A stretch of DNA of 64,000 bases from a bacterium (GCA_965202625.1 CBDBBI010000010.1:32001-96000), one strand, 5' to 3'; positions 39,030 through 49,000 are shown, counted from the first letter of the stretch. The notes: a model not told the origin generated them from the sequence alone. A program made the numbers and translations.

Positions 39030-39590
39030 CTATGGTTTCAGTACCTCCCGCACCATGTGACTGATTTCCGGCAGGATAATTTTTTCTAGCCCCGTGCGAC
39101 AAGCGTTTCCCGAACCGGGAAGTGTCATGATGATGGTGTCTTGACAAGTCCCTGCCGTCGCGCGGGTGAGGATGGCGGCCGCGCCAATATCTTGAAAGCT
39201 CACATGCCGAAACAACTCGCCAAAACCATGCATTTCCTTTTCCAGAATGGAAACGACGACGTCGTATGTCGTATCACGCTTGGTGATGCCGGTGCCGCCG
39301 TTGGATATCAGCACCTGAACGTCAGGATTCGCGCAAGCCTCAAGCAGGGATTCGCGAATCTGGGCGGGTTCATCCCGCACGATACGGTAGAAGACCACTT
39401 TGTGGCCTCCATCGCGCAGCATGTTCATGAGCAATTTTCCGCTTGTGTCGGTCTCCTCCGTGCGCGTGTCGCTCACTGTGAGCACGCCGCACGCAACGAT
39501 ATCTGGCCCCTCGGCGCGATGCTCCTCAAATGTTTTCAGGTGAACCGCCCTCTCGATTTCCTGACGAGAGGGCCCATTGCCCTGTCGCAT
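39030..39590 (-). CDS. moaB: MoaB/MogA molybdenum cofactor biosynthesis protein
   Basis: LTVSDTR, GGTGIT.RD.T, GFGELFR, LPGS. Confidence 0.93.
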   Translation of the reverse strand: MRQGNGPSRQEIERAVHLKTFEEHRAEGPDIVACGVLTVSDTRTEETDTSGKLLMNMLRDGGHKVVFYRIVRDEPAQIRESLLEACANPDVQVLISNGGTGITKRDTTYDVVVSILEKEMHGFGELFRHVSFQDIGAAAILTRATAGTCQDTIIMTLPGSGNACRTGLEKIILPEISHMVREVLKP

Positions 39591-39868
39591 GATCGTCCCC
39601 CGTTTCTCCGCTTTTTCCAATGCGCGCTTGATGCGCCTATACTTTGGGCCCCCTCCAGGATGCTCTCAACCAAGCTCCCGTCATGGAGATAAACCGAAAG
39701 AAGGCAATCTTGCGCATTTCATCCGAAATATCAAACGCCGGTGCGCCCTACTTTTCCTGTATCGTCGTCGCCTCGTTTGGCTTTTTTAGGGAACATTTTG
39801 AGAAGCCGTGTGTTTCATATGAAGAGAAGGGCGTAATTCTATGTTTTGGGGGCGTCTTTAGAGGTTTC

Positions 39869-40432
39869 ATGGCAATATTCCAAAGGCCAAATCGATTCTA
39901 CGTCGCCGCGCTTGTCTTGTTTGCGGGCATTCTTGCCGGATGTGCTCATCCCGCATCTGGCCCCGTGGGGGAAACACACCGGCCTCGACTCGAAGCTGTC
40001 TGGGCTCAGCCGGCATTCGCCTACGGCCATCGCTGGAAGATTTATATTCGCGCAAGCGATCCGGATGGCGATTTGGACAAGGCATGGTTCTCGTTTTCGG
40101 GGTATGCGGCGGTGGCGACGGTGCGTTTTTTGGAAGGCAAGACAAAGCGCGCGAATGGATACGTGGAAACACAGGTGGACCTCATTGGCGGACATCCTAA
40201 AATCTCGAACAAAACAGGCGACCTCAGCATCGTTGTAGAGGATCAGGCGGGGAACGTCAGCCCCTCGAAATCTCTCGATTTCAACGTTTACGAGGGCGGA
40301 GAAACAGAGCGCACAAACCCGCCGGAAGGTTTCGCCGTCTCGATCAAACTCGGCGAATTTGATTTTCCGCCAGACGTCATAATCGAGGAAGTGAATGGCG
40401 ACGCAGAAGAAGAGGTTTCGGCGCGAGAGTGA
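39869..40432 (+). CDS. hypothetical lipoprotein
   Basis: lipobox ILAGC; ASDPDGDL...VEDQAGNVS suggests an Ig-like beta domain. Confidence 0.7.
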   Translation: MAIFQRPNRFYVAALVLFAGILAGCAHPASGPVGETHRPRLEAVWAQPAFAYGHRWKIYIRASDPDGDLDKAWFSFSGYAAVATVRFLEGKTKRANGYVETQVDLIGGHPKISNKTGDLSIVVEDQAGNVSPSKSLDFNVYEGGETERTNPPEGFAVSIKLGEFDFPPDVIIEEVNGDAEEEVSARE

Positions 40433-40532
40433 TAAAGCGAGGTCGCCGTTCCGGTATTCTCCAAACCAGAAAGCTCTCGTTCCCCTTATCCGATACGTCC
40501 TCTTCGGTCGAATAACCGCCTGAAGGCCCCGC

Positions 40533-40563
40533 GCCGCCTCCGCTCGAAGGCGAGCGAGGCGGC
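40533..40563. terminator. GC-rich hairpin between convergent genes
   Basis: GCCGCCTC(c)GCTCG-aagg-CGAGCGAGGCGGC; no U tract. Confidence 0.45.
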
Positions 40564-40569
40564 CTGAAT

Positions 40570-40845
40570 TTATTTCTTCCTGAATCCTTTGCCGATCATG
40601 CACGAATCGAATTTGCTGGCCTTGTATGTGGACTTGGAGCTGATGGCCACGGGGCCGCCCTTTTCTCCTTTTGGATCGAATATGAAACCTTCCTGATGTG
40701 CGCAGCCCTGGAGGTCTTTCGCGGCTTCGGCGTCGCTCCCTCCGCTCTTGATCCATGTCTGTCGAGCGACCGTGCACCCCGAAACCGCAAAAACCACAAA
40801 ACTCGCCAAAACAACGCCCGTTGCTTTTCGCATGAATCGCCTCAT
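40570..40845 (-). CDS. small hypothetical lipoprotein
   Basis: lipobox VSGC; W.K.G...D...C and CMIGKGF pattern. Confidence 0.75.
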   Translation of the reverse strand: MRRFMRKATGVVLASFVVFAVSGCTVARQTWIKSGGSDAEAAKDLQGCAHQEGFIFDPKGEKGGPVAISSKSTYKASKFDSCMIGKGFRKK

Positions 40846-41415
40846 CCCTATAACTCCTCTTGAAAATAAACGACTGGCTACTACTTTCTGTTTAACGGAT
40901 TCAGCGAGCCGGGAAACGAAAAGAAAGGGGGGTTCATTCTTCATCGCCCAGCAAGCATACTAATAATAGCATATTAACATCGCACTCCATGAAAATCGAG
41001 GGTGTTCGGGTGAGGTTTCGGTTCGGGAAAATTTCATATATTTCCATAGATTTTGCCTATGTATCGAGACCGGGACGCGGACTCAAGGCGATGTTGCTTC
41101 GCCTTGCGATGACGGTTGGCCACGTCGGCGCGTCGCCTCGGTGACGGCAAACGCGGAGCGACGTGCTCCCGGCTCGCGGCCAGCGACGAATGGGCGTAGG
41201 GTCGCGCCCGCCCGCTTTTCTGCGCACATGTCACCTCTCTCTGGCACCCTCGAACGCCCGAGCGTCCACCGCCGCGCCCTGCTTGGCCATATAGCTTCCT
41301 CATCTACTCCGCCGCCGACCCGGTGGAGAAAACAAAAGAGACGCTCCAGATGCGCTCCTTGTCGAAAGGGTCGCCACGGCTGAACTAGGAGGCTCTCCTC
41401 CTGAACGGGAGTGCC

Positions 41416-41814
41416 TCAACAGGGGCTGGATGCGGCCATATGGTTGTCGATAGCGTTTTTCGCCGCTCTGAGCGCGTGGTTCGTTTTCGGGAATCCGATG
41501 TAGGGACACAGGGAGACGATGGCCTCTATCAACTCGGCGGGCGTCGTTCCCTGGTTTAGTAGCCCCTCGGCATGAATTTCCACCTCGCCCGAGAGATCCT
41601 GAGCCGCCGTCGCCGCCATGACGAGCATCTCGCGCGTTCGATGATCGAGAAGAGGCTGGTTCCAGCATGTGCCAAAGCAGTATTCCACAATGGCGCGGGC
41701 GTGGGTCGGGGCGAGTTCGCGCATCTCCGTGAACGCGCCCGCAAGGCCGTCCTCTCCATAGATGCCCAAAGATTTTCTGATCGCCAGACCTTTTTCGTAG
41801 TGCTTCTCGTTCAT
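41416..41814 (-). CDS. carboxymuconolactone decarboxylase (CMD/AhpD) family protein
   Basis: YEKGLAIR, EYCFG..W, LDHRTREML, PYIGFP. Confidence 0.9.
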   Translation of the reverse strand: MNEKHYEKGLAIRKSLGIYGEDGLAGAFTEMRELAPTHARAIVEYCFGTCWNQPLLDHRTREMLVMAATAAQDLSGEVEIHAEGLLNQGTTPAELIEAIVSLCPYIGFPKTNHALRAAKNAIDNHMAASSPC

Positions 41815-41944
41815 GGCGTTCTCCTTTCAACGGAAGGGTAGAAAATGGTTGCGCCTGATGCGATGCGAGGCGGCGCACCGCTCCTTGTCTATGGAGTCCT
41901 CGCGCAAGAGGGATTCCTCTCCTAATGGCCGGAGGAGTGACGCT

Positions 41945-42370
41945 TCATTCCTGCTCGCTTTTGGCGCGTATTCCACCGGGGCGGGTGAGGATGAAGCGGA
42001 TGACGCACCCGAAGAAGATGACGAGGGAAAATTTTACGTATGGCGACGCGTCCAAAATAAGGATGGACGAGCCGCCCAAGAGGAGGATGAGCGCGACGGC
42101 GGTCCATTTCGCCCTTGGGCGAATGACGCCGTGCTTTTGCCAGTTGGAAATGAGAGGGCCATAGTATTTGTGCCGCAGGAGCCATTGATGGTGCTTTTTC
42201 GAGCTTCTCGCGAAGGCGAAGGCGGCCACGAGCACGAACGGGGTCGTGGGGAGAACGGGCAGGAAAACGCCGATGAACCCCAATGTCAGCGCGATGAACC
42301 CAAGAGCCAGAAAGAGGGGACGGGATGCTTTTCGCCGCATGGTGGTCGTTCCCGAGAATGATTCGCGCAT
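41945..42370 (-). CDS. YbaN (DUF454) family membrane protein
   Basis: GFIGVFLPVLPTTPFVLVAAFAFARSS signature; start uncertain. Confidence 0.9.
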   Translation of the reverse strand: MRESFSGTTTMRRKASRPLFLALGFIALTLGFIGVFLPVLPTTPFVLVAAFAFARSSKKHHQWLLRHKYYGPLISNWQKHGVIRPRAKWTAVALILLLGGSSILILDASPYVKFSLVIFFGCVIRFILTRPGGIRAKSEQE

Positions 42371-42654
42371 GAGTTTTTCCGCATCTTCTCTCGAAGGGGC
42401 GCTTTTCACAAGGTGTGGCATGTCGACCCTCCCTTCGCGCGAGAGGCGACGCGCGCGTCCGCCACGTTCTTTGCGAGCCGTGCGAATAGGTTTTGCGCCT
42501 CAGCGCGCCCGCGGAATGATTTTCCCCGAACTTGCCCCGCTTTGCTCAGCGTTTGGGCCGCCGCTTTGGCGAGGGGCACTCCTTTATGTGCGGCGGGCGT
42601 ATCGCTCCTGAGGAGGTGAGGGTGATGATTCTCTCGAGATCCGTCCTCTCGCTC

Positions 42655-42950
42655 CGCAGCGGCTTGCGCGTGCGAGAGAAAACTCATCTTTCGCGCGGCG
42701 AGGGAGGAAGGCGGAGACAGCGAAGATCTCTGCGTAGACACCCTCACGGCTCTGATCGTTGACGGCGAATATGGGGTCTCCCGTCTGGAAGTTCAACACG
42801 CCGGTCTCTGCCTCTCGAACGATGCTGGAGAAATCCTTCTTCAGGATATGGGGGAGTGCAGCCTTCGTGCGTTTTCTGGATGGCCGGGTTCACACTCGCC
42901 GCGTGAATCTCGACGAGGCTCTCCTCCGGTGCCGCTCTCGGCATGGGGGG
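42655..42950 (-). pseudogene. fragment of an MDR/quinone oxidoreductase-like gene
   Basis: three frames join as LVEIHAASVNPA / LPHILKKDFSSIV...FQTGDPIFAV...EGVYAE / ARKMSFLSHAQAAA; truncated at both ends. Confidence 0.75.
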
Positions 42951-42959
42951 AATGCGCCT

Positions 42960-43535
42960 TTACGTGAGGTCCGCGAAGGGCCCCGCATCCTCATCTAGTC
43001 CCAGATAACGCGCGCGCACGTGATTCCACAGGGCGAGCTTTCCCCAGTCGGCGGTTTTGAGAACGCGATATTGCGCGTCGAAGAAGGGATTAGGAAAGTG
43101 AATCGTCATCATCTGTTCATCGCGCCCGTTCATCAACGTCATCGAATAGCTGAGAGGGGCGTGGTCCGCCATTGGCGGACTCGCGTAAATCCGCTGGAGC
43201 GTCGCCCGCGCGCATTTTCGCCACTGCGCTAGTTCGGGAGGGCAGGGTCGTCCCGCCTCCCCTCGGTGCGCGCCGATGCACAGGTGAAAGTGCCAGTCGC
43301 CAAAATCAACCGTGAGGTAGCCGTCCAAATAAGTGATATTTCTGGGCGGGGACTTCCACCCGCACTCGAACACGGCGCCTTGGATGCAAGGCCCGAAAAC
43401 GATCGAGTCGTAATGGTTCTCGAACAGGTCGCGCAGCAGGGTCTCCAGAAATTCGCGATCGGGCCGGAATTCCCAAATCGAATGCAAACTCCCGTCCAGG
43501 TGAGTCTCTTCACGATACTGCACGCTCGTTTTCAC
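42960..43535 (-). CDS. uncharacterised protein, possible HemS/ChuX-like fold
   Basis: 191 aa with RBS; motifs FGPCIQGAVFE, DGYLTVDFGDWHFHLCIG, NGRDEQMMTIHFPNPF. Confidence 0.8.
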   Translation of the reverse strand: MKTSVQYREETHLDGSLHSIWEFRPDREFLETLLRDLFENHYDSIVFGPCIQGAVFECGWKSPPRNITYLDGYLTVDFGDWHFHLCIGAHRGEAGRPCPPELAQWRKCARATLQRIYASPPMADHAPLSYSMTLMNGRDEQMMTIHFPNPFFDAQYRVLKTADWGKLALWNHVRARYLGLDEDAGPFADLT

Positions 43536-43599
43536 TACTGTTCCTTCTCCAGCAACGTCCGTGCTCGCGGCAGCGGCGCATGAAGGACGCGCCGTTGGC

Positions 43600-44064
43600 T
43601 TACTTGCTCGCTCCGGGCAGATTATAGCGTATCGTCAGCACGAGCGTCTTGTTGAAATAGGGAAGGGGCGCCGCTTTTCGCACCGCCTCCAGTGAGGCGC
43701 GATCCAAAAAGGCGTTGCCAGACGTTTTGCGGATTCCGAGGTCCCGCGGCCGCCCATTCGGCAAAATCCAGAAGCTGATGGTGGACGTGCCCTCCGCTCC
43801 TGACGCGCGCGCGATGTCCGGATAGCGCGCGTGTCGCTTGATGCGTTGGAGAATCGAGCGGATGCGCGTGTTCGCGCCTGCGCGCACCCATTTTTTCGTA
43901 AAGGTGAAGTGCGGCGTTTCGGGGGGTGCGCCTTCATACAGATTCGCTTTTGCGGGAGGCGCGCTCACGGATGTTTCCGCCTCTTGGGCGGCGAGCTGCA
44001 CCGGTGCGATAAGCGCGAAGACCGTGAGCCATAGAAGAACTTGTGCGCGGCGTGCGTTTTTCAC
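43600..44064 (-). CDS. TonB C-terminal domain protein
   Basis: YPDIARASGAEG...SGNAFLDRASLEAVRKAAPLP. Confidence 0.88.
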   Translation of the reverse strand: MKNARRAQVLLWLTVFALIAPVQLAAQEAETSVSAPPAKANLYEGAPPETPHFTFTKKWVRAGANTRIRSILQRIKRHARYPDIARASGAEGTSTISFWILPNGRPRDLGIRKTSGNAFLDRASLEAVRKAAPLPYFNKTLVLTIRYNLPGASK

Positions 44065-44876
44065 GTTCGTCGTTCTCTCCCCGTTGGGCGCGGATGCTCC
44101 TCCTCCATCGCGCGCATGATGAAATGCCGCTCGTCTTCCTCGCCCACCGATAGAATGCGGGCGCGTACGTGAAACGCCCTTTCGATGATCTCTGACCGCA
44201 AGACGCTTCGCGCGTTTCCTTGCGCGAGGATTTTCCCCTCATGGAGCAAGAGGAGGCTGTCGCAGTAGCGGCTCGTTAGATTGAGGTCGTGCGCGGAGAC
44301 CACCACGGTGCGTCCCGCGCGCGCGAGTGCAAGCAGAATCCGCAGGATGTCGAGACAGTGCCTGACGTCGAGGTTCGCGAAGGGTTCGTCAAGCAGCAGA
44401 ACGGGCGTTTGTGCGGCCAGCGTCCTGGCGAGCAGGACGCGCTGGAGCTCCCCGCCCGAGAGTTCGCTAATCGCGCGGCTAGCGAGGTCTGCCGCGTCCA
44501 CGTCCCGAAGAGCCGTCTTGACCGCCTCGCGATCCGTCCTGGTTTCAGGCGCCAGCCTTTCTTGGTGGGCATATCTTCCCATCAGAACCGTCTCGTCCAC
44601 CCTGAAAGGGAAGGCCGTCTCCTGCTTTTGGGCGAGATAGCCGACGCGCCGGGCGACCTCTTTTCTGCTGAATGCGCCGATGGGTTTTCCATCCAGCCAT
44701 ATGGTTCCCGCCCGCATCGGCAATAGGCCCGCTAGGGCGCGCAGCAGCGTCGTTTTCCCTGACCCGTTGGGGCCGATGACGCCTGTGAGCGCGCCCGGAC
44801 GAAAATCAGCGGACACGTCGCGCAGCACCTCCCGCTCGCCGAGCGCGATGCGCGCGCACTCCATCCTGAGCCGCAT
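44061..44876 (-). CDS. btuD: cobalamin/Fe-chelate ABC ATPase
   Basis: GPNGSGKTT, LSGGELQR, LLDEP; riboswitch context. Confidence 0.88.
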   Translation of the reverse strand: MRLRMECARIALGEREVLRDVSADFRPGALTGVIGPNGSGKTTLLRALAGLLPMRAGTIWLDGKPIGAFSRKEVARRVGYLAQKQETAFPFRVDETVLMGRYAHQERLAPETRTDREAVKTALRDVDAADLASRAISELSGGELQRVLLARTLAAQTPVLLLDEPFANLDVRHCLDILRILLALARAGRTVVVSAHDLNLTSRYCDSLLLLHEGKILAQGNARSVLRSEIIERAFHVRARILSVGEEDERHFIMRAMEEEHPRPTGRERRT

Positions 44877-45910
44877 CAGAACGTCTCCGCGCGACGGCGG
44901 TTCTTTATGATCAGATAGAGAAAGAATGGCCCTCCGACGCTCGATGAGAGTATGCCCAGGCGTATCTCCTCTGCGGAGGAGAGTACTCTCGCGATGAAGT
45001 CGATCCCCATCACGAATACGGCGCCGGCGACCATGCTCGTGGGCAGGAGGCGGCGGTGGTCCGCCCCCGTCAACATCCTCACGATGTGGGGGACGACCAG
45101 CCCCACGAAGCCGACCACGCCCGCGACGGAGACGGACGCTCCAGCCGCGGCGGCGGCGATGAGGAGAATTTGCCTTTTCACCCGCGCCGTATCCACGCCC
45201 AGGGCCATGGCCGACTCCTCCCCCGCCATCATCAGGTTCAGCTCACGCCCGAAGAACGGAGCGGCGAACGCAGAGGCCACGAAAAAGGGCGCTACCAGGA
45301 ATACGTGCTCCCACGTGCGGTTGGTCAGGCCGCCCATGAGCCAGAACAGAATCTGTCGGCCGATCTCGAAATCGTCCACGCTGTAGCTTAGCGTGAGCAT
45401 CATTAGGGCGCTGGCTATGGAATTCATCGCCATTCCGCAGAGGATGAGCGTTCCGATCGGGGTGTGTCCCTTGTAGGTGGCTGCCAGGGAGACGAGGAAG
45501 ACGGACAGGAGCGCGCCGCCGAAGGCCATGAAGGGAACCGACCAGATCGAGGTCGCTCCCCAGCCGAGCGCGAGGGCGGTCGTGGCGCCCAGAGCGGCGC
45601 CCGCGCTGACGCCGATGACGCCGGGGCCGGCCATCGGGTTTCTGAAAAGACCTTGGAGCATTGCGCCCGATAGGGCGAGCGAGGCGCCGACGAGGGCGCC
45701 CGTCAGCGCCCGCGGAATGCGGATGTGCCAGATGATGGCACGCTCGTGAGGGAGAACGTCACTCTGCTCTGGAGCGCGCGCGCGCAGCTCGGTGAAGATG
45801 ATTTCGAAAATCTCGCTCCAGCCGATGCTCGCGACTCCGAACCGGACGCTGAGGGCGAGGAGCAGGGCGACGGCGACACCCATCCCCGCGAGGGCGGCGT
45901 GTTTTTTCAT
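44876..45910 (-). CDS. btuC: FecCD/BtuC permease
   Basis: IRIPR, QGLFRNPMA, GFVGLVVPH. Confidence 0.9.
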   Translation of the reverse strand: MKKHAALAGMGVAVALLLALSVRFGVASIGWSEIFEIIFTELRARAPEQSDVLPHERAIIWHIRIPRALTGALVGASLALSGAMLQGLFRNPMAGPGVIGVSAGAALGATTALALGWGATSIWSVPFMAFGGALLSVFLVSLAATYKGHTPIGTLILCGMAMNSIASALMMLTLSYSVDDFEIGRQILFWLMGGLTNRTWEHVFLVAPFFVASAFAAPFFGRELNLMMAGEESAMALGVDTARVKRQILLIAAAAAGASVSVAGVVGFVGLVVPHIVRMLTGADHRRLLPTSMVAGAVFVMGIDFIARVLSSAEEIRLGILSSSVGGPFFLYLIIKNRRRAETF

Positions 45911-46773
45911 GGGCGCAGAGCCCGCGCCAAATCCCCCAACCCATGAACGATGTATTGGGACACGGCCGAGAATCGGGGACGGGGTATCTCGATGATCCTT
46001 TTGTTCCGCAAGGGAGCGTAGACCTCGCGCGAGCGCAACGCGCTTTTGATGCTCTCTCCCGATTTCGGGTCTACCCCCGTCACGATGACGTCGGGACGCC
46101 ACGCGATGATCTGCTCCGCCGATATTCGGCGCGTGCCTCGCACGCCGCGCGCGGCGGCCACGTTCTCGCCTCCGGCGAGGCGAATCATCGCGTCCAGCGA
46201 GGTATGACTCCCCGGCGTCCAGCCCCCCTGCAGAAGAGCAAGGACGCGGGGCGGCTTCTCGTCCCGGGGAATGCGGGCGCGAATAGCGCGGACCTGCGCG
46301 CGCGCGCGCGCGATGAGGCTTCGGGCCCTGTCCTCCTCTCCGATCAGCCGTCCCATCTTCTTGATGTTCGTGAAAACGTCCTCCAGGCTCTCGAAGGAGA
46401 TGAATTGAAAAACCGGAACCTTCGCGGCGCGCAGATGGTTGAGGAGCGCGGCGCTCGAATATGAGGCGGCGAACACCATATCCGGACGCAGAGAGATAAT
46501 GCGCTCGGGTCCGCCGCCGATCAGCGGAATCCCTCGCACCTTTTCGGCGACGTTGGAATAGGCCGCGTCTGCAGCGAGTTTGTGGAGCCCGACGATTCTG
46601 CTTCTGGGCGCGATATCCACGAGCATCTCGGCGGTAGCGAGCGTCATGGCGATGAGTCGCCTGGGCTTTTGCGCCGAAAGCGCCTGGACGGACTCTCCCG
46701 ACGCGAGAGGAGAGAGCGCGAGAAGGAGTATCCCCCACAAGAGAATTTTTTTATCCTTTCCGCCTGTTCGCAT
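45907..46773 (-). CDS. btuF: periplasmic cobalamin-binding protein
   Basis: ERIISLRPD, AGGENVA, ISAEQIIAWRPDVI. Confidence 0.85.
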   Translation of the reverse strand: MRTGGKDKKILLWGILLLALSPLASGESVQALSAQKPRRLIAMTLATAEMLVDIAPRSRIVGLHKLAADAAYSNVAEKVRGIPLIGGGPERIISLRPDMVFAASYSSAALLNHLRAAKVPVFQFISFESLEDVFTNIKKMGRLIGEEDRARSLIARARAQVRAIRARIPRDEKPPRVLALLQGGWTPGSHTSLDAMIRLAGGENVAAARGVRGTRRISAEQIIAWRPDVIVTGVDPKSGESIKSALRSREVYAPLRNKRIIEIPRPRFSAVSQYIVHGLGDLARALRP

Positions 46774-46816
46774 CTCCCTCTCCTCGCGCGGGGTCATTTG
46801 CGGCGGCGCGCTCCCC

Positions 46817-49000
46817 TCAGAAAACCAGGTTAACGCCCGCGAACCACTCAATGCCGGGGGAGTTGTAATTGTACACAGCGTCGTAATCTTCGTCGAAGAC
46901 GTTGTTCACTTTTGCCTCAACCGTGAAGTCCTTGAACCTCGATTTTTTTGTCTTGTCGAACAGCGATATGCTGTCCTTGACGACGTCAAGAGAAAAAGCC
47001 AAGTCCACTTTTGTGTATCCTGCATTGTTTACTTTCTTTAAGGTGAATATATTCTTGAGGAAGGGAGTAAAATCGATATCCCGCTGCGTGCTCGTCTGGT
47101 TCACCCGCAGAGTAGTTCTGAGGCGATTCGGATGGTAGGTGATGGAGCCGCTCCACCACCAGTTGGGACGTCTGAGGAGTTCCTCTCCTTGCTCGAAACT
47201 CGACCCGCCCAGCCCGTTCTGGTCGTCCAGCACTACGGTGTCCAGTGTGTTGAAACTCCCGTATGCTGAAAAGTGATGGAAGTCAACGAGCGCAAGAGAA
47301 AATTCTGCCCCTCGCATCCGCACCCTTGATATGTTCTCGTAGTTTGTGCCGTTAAGAAACAGCTGTGGGCTGGACGCGATGAAGTCTTGCACCTCGTTTT
47401 CGTAGTACGTGGCGCCGAGTTTGAGTTTTTTGCCTCCGATGAATTGATCAAAGCCGATCTCCCAGCTCTCCTGTTTTTCGCTCTTGAGGTTCTGGTTTCC
47501 CACAGTGAAGGAGGAGCCGAATAGATCTAGGAAGGCGGGACGCTTGACTCCCTCGCCGATGGCGCCGCGGAGGCGCGTGCCGGTTCGCGGGAGCTGGTAG
47601 GAGGCGGAAATTTTCCCGGTCGTCTCGTCCTTGCCGACGTCGAAGTCGTCCACGCGAAACCCGCCCGCCAGTGTAAATCCCCCCTGAAACTGGAGCTGCT
47701 GGTGGGCGTAGAAGGAGTCGGCGCGCCGCGTTTCCTTGGAGGCCGTGGTGAAGGTGGAGGCCGTGAAGTATTCTTCCCTCTCCCATTCAAAGCCGAGCGT
47801 GGACACGGCTTGGCGTAGGGGCGAGAATCCTAGTTGCTTGCCTGAGAATCGGAGGTTGATCTGGTTGTTCAGGCTGAGCCTCGTCTGGTCCGTCTCCCTC
47901 TCAAAGGGGCTGAAGAAGGGGCGCGCCTCGTCCAGGACGTCCGCTTTGTCCTCGAACAGGGTGTCGTGCAGGTAGAGGGAGACGCGGGGGACGTATTCGA
48001 ACCAGCGGGTGGGTCGAAGCTGCGCTCGAAGGCCAATGAGCTGCTCGTTTCTTTTCTGATAGGCGTTGAGCTCCCTGTCCGTGAGCGGCGCCTCGAGGCG
48101 GTGGTCGGTGTTCGTCGCGCCGTCATTCGAGGTTATGTCGATCCTGTTTTGGTTGAAGTAGTAGAGGAAACGCGCCTTCGCCTTCTCCGAGAAGAAGTGA
48201 TCCAGACCGATCACGCCGACGCTCCGGTAATAGCCGTCGTTGGGAAAGCGCCCGTCGGAGTCGAGGCGGCTGAAGGTGGCCACATAGCCGCTCTTCTCGG
48301 AGCCTCCCTTGAGCTTGAACGTCTCCTCGTAGGTCGAGTGGCTGCCGAGCCGCAAGCGCGTCGTGAACGAAGGCGTCTCTCCCGGCTTGCCGAAGTCGGG
48401 CAGGAAGTTCACCACGCCCGCCGCCGCGTCCGAGCCGTAGAGGGGGCTCTGGGGACCCTTAAGCACCTCGGCGGTGCCGATCCACTCGGTCGAAAGGTGT
48501 GAGAAGTCATACTGGTCGCCGCTGGGAGGGGTGAGTTTGAAGCCGTCGAATAGAACGCTGGTGAAATTGGGCTCGCCTCCGCGCAGACGGAATGCCGTAA
48601 TACCGCCCCTGCCGCCCGTTTGCGAGATGAAGCCGCCCGCCGCCTCCTCAAGAAATTCGTTGGCGTCGATTGGTAGGAGGCTTTCGATTCGTTCTCTGCT
48701 GAATACCTCCACCGAATCGGCCACGTCGCTGATCTTCTCCGGAGTGCGCGTGGCGGTGATGGTGATGGGGTCGAGATAAATTTCCTCTCCGGATGCGGCG
48801 TCTTGCGCATTGGTCCGGCTCGCCACCCCCCACGCGATGAACCCCGCCATCAAGAGGAGGAGCAGACTCCGTTTGCGCCCGGCTTGGGGTCTGCTGGCTC
48901 CTCTATTTTGGGCGAGAGGAACGGGCAAGGGTGAACTCTTACGCCCGGCGTGGAGATTTGCGGTTTTTCGAGAGAATTCCTTCTTGATGCGACGTCTCAT
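46817..49000 (-). CDS. btuB: TonB-dependent receptor (cobalamin)
   Basis: TonB box DPITITATRT, EVLKGPQSPLYGSDA, C-terminal Phe; downstream of B12 riboswitches; start uncertain. Confidence 0.9.
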   Translation of the reverse strand: MRRRIKKEFSRKTANLHAGRKSSPLPVPLAQNRGASRPQAGRKRSLLLLLMAGFIAWGVASRTNAQDAASGEEIYLDPITITATRTPEKISDVADSVEVFSRERIESLLPIDANEFLEEAAGGFISQTGGRGGITAFRLRGGEPNFTSVLFDGFKLTPPSGDQYDFSHLSTEWIGTAEVLKGPQSPLYGSDAAAGVVNFLPDFGKPGETPSFTTRLRLGSHSTYEETFKLKGGSEKSGYVATFSRLDSDGRFPNDGYYRSVGVIGLDHFFSEKAKARFLYYFNQNRIDITSNDGATNTDHRLEAPLTDRELNAYQKRNEQLIGLRAQLRPTRWFEYVPRVSLYLHDTLFEDKADVLDEARPFFSPFERETDQTRLSLNNQINLRFSGKQLGFSPLRQAVSTLGFEWEREEYFTASTFTTASKETRRADSFYAHQQLQFQGGFTLAGGFRVDDFDVGKDETTGKISASYQLPRTGTRLRGAIGEGVKRPAFLDLFGSSFTVGNQNLKSEKQESWEIGFDQFIGGKKLKLGATYYENEVQDFIASSPQLFLNGTNYENISRVRMRGAEFSLALVDFHHFSAYGSFNTLDTVVLDDQNGLGGSSFEQGEELLRRPNWWWSGSITYHPNRLRTTLRVNQTSTQRDIDFTPFLKNIFTLKKVNNAGYTKVDLAFSLDVVKDSISLFDKTKKSRFKDFTVEAKVNNVFDEDYDAVYNYNSPGIEWFAGVNLVF

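Noticed and set aside
41030-41410. Several short ORFs
   Set aside because: Arg-rich low-complexity translations with no family signal.
45911-46738. Apparent 620-aa permease fusion
   Set aside because: The extension is an alternative frame over btuF; the permease starts at 45910.
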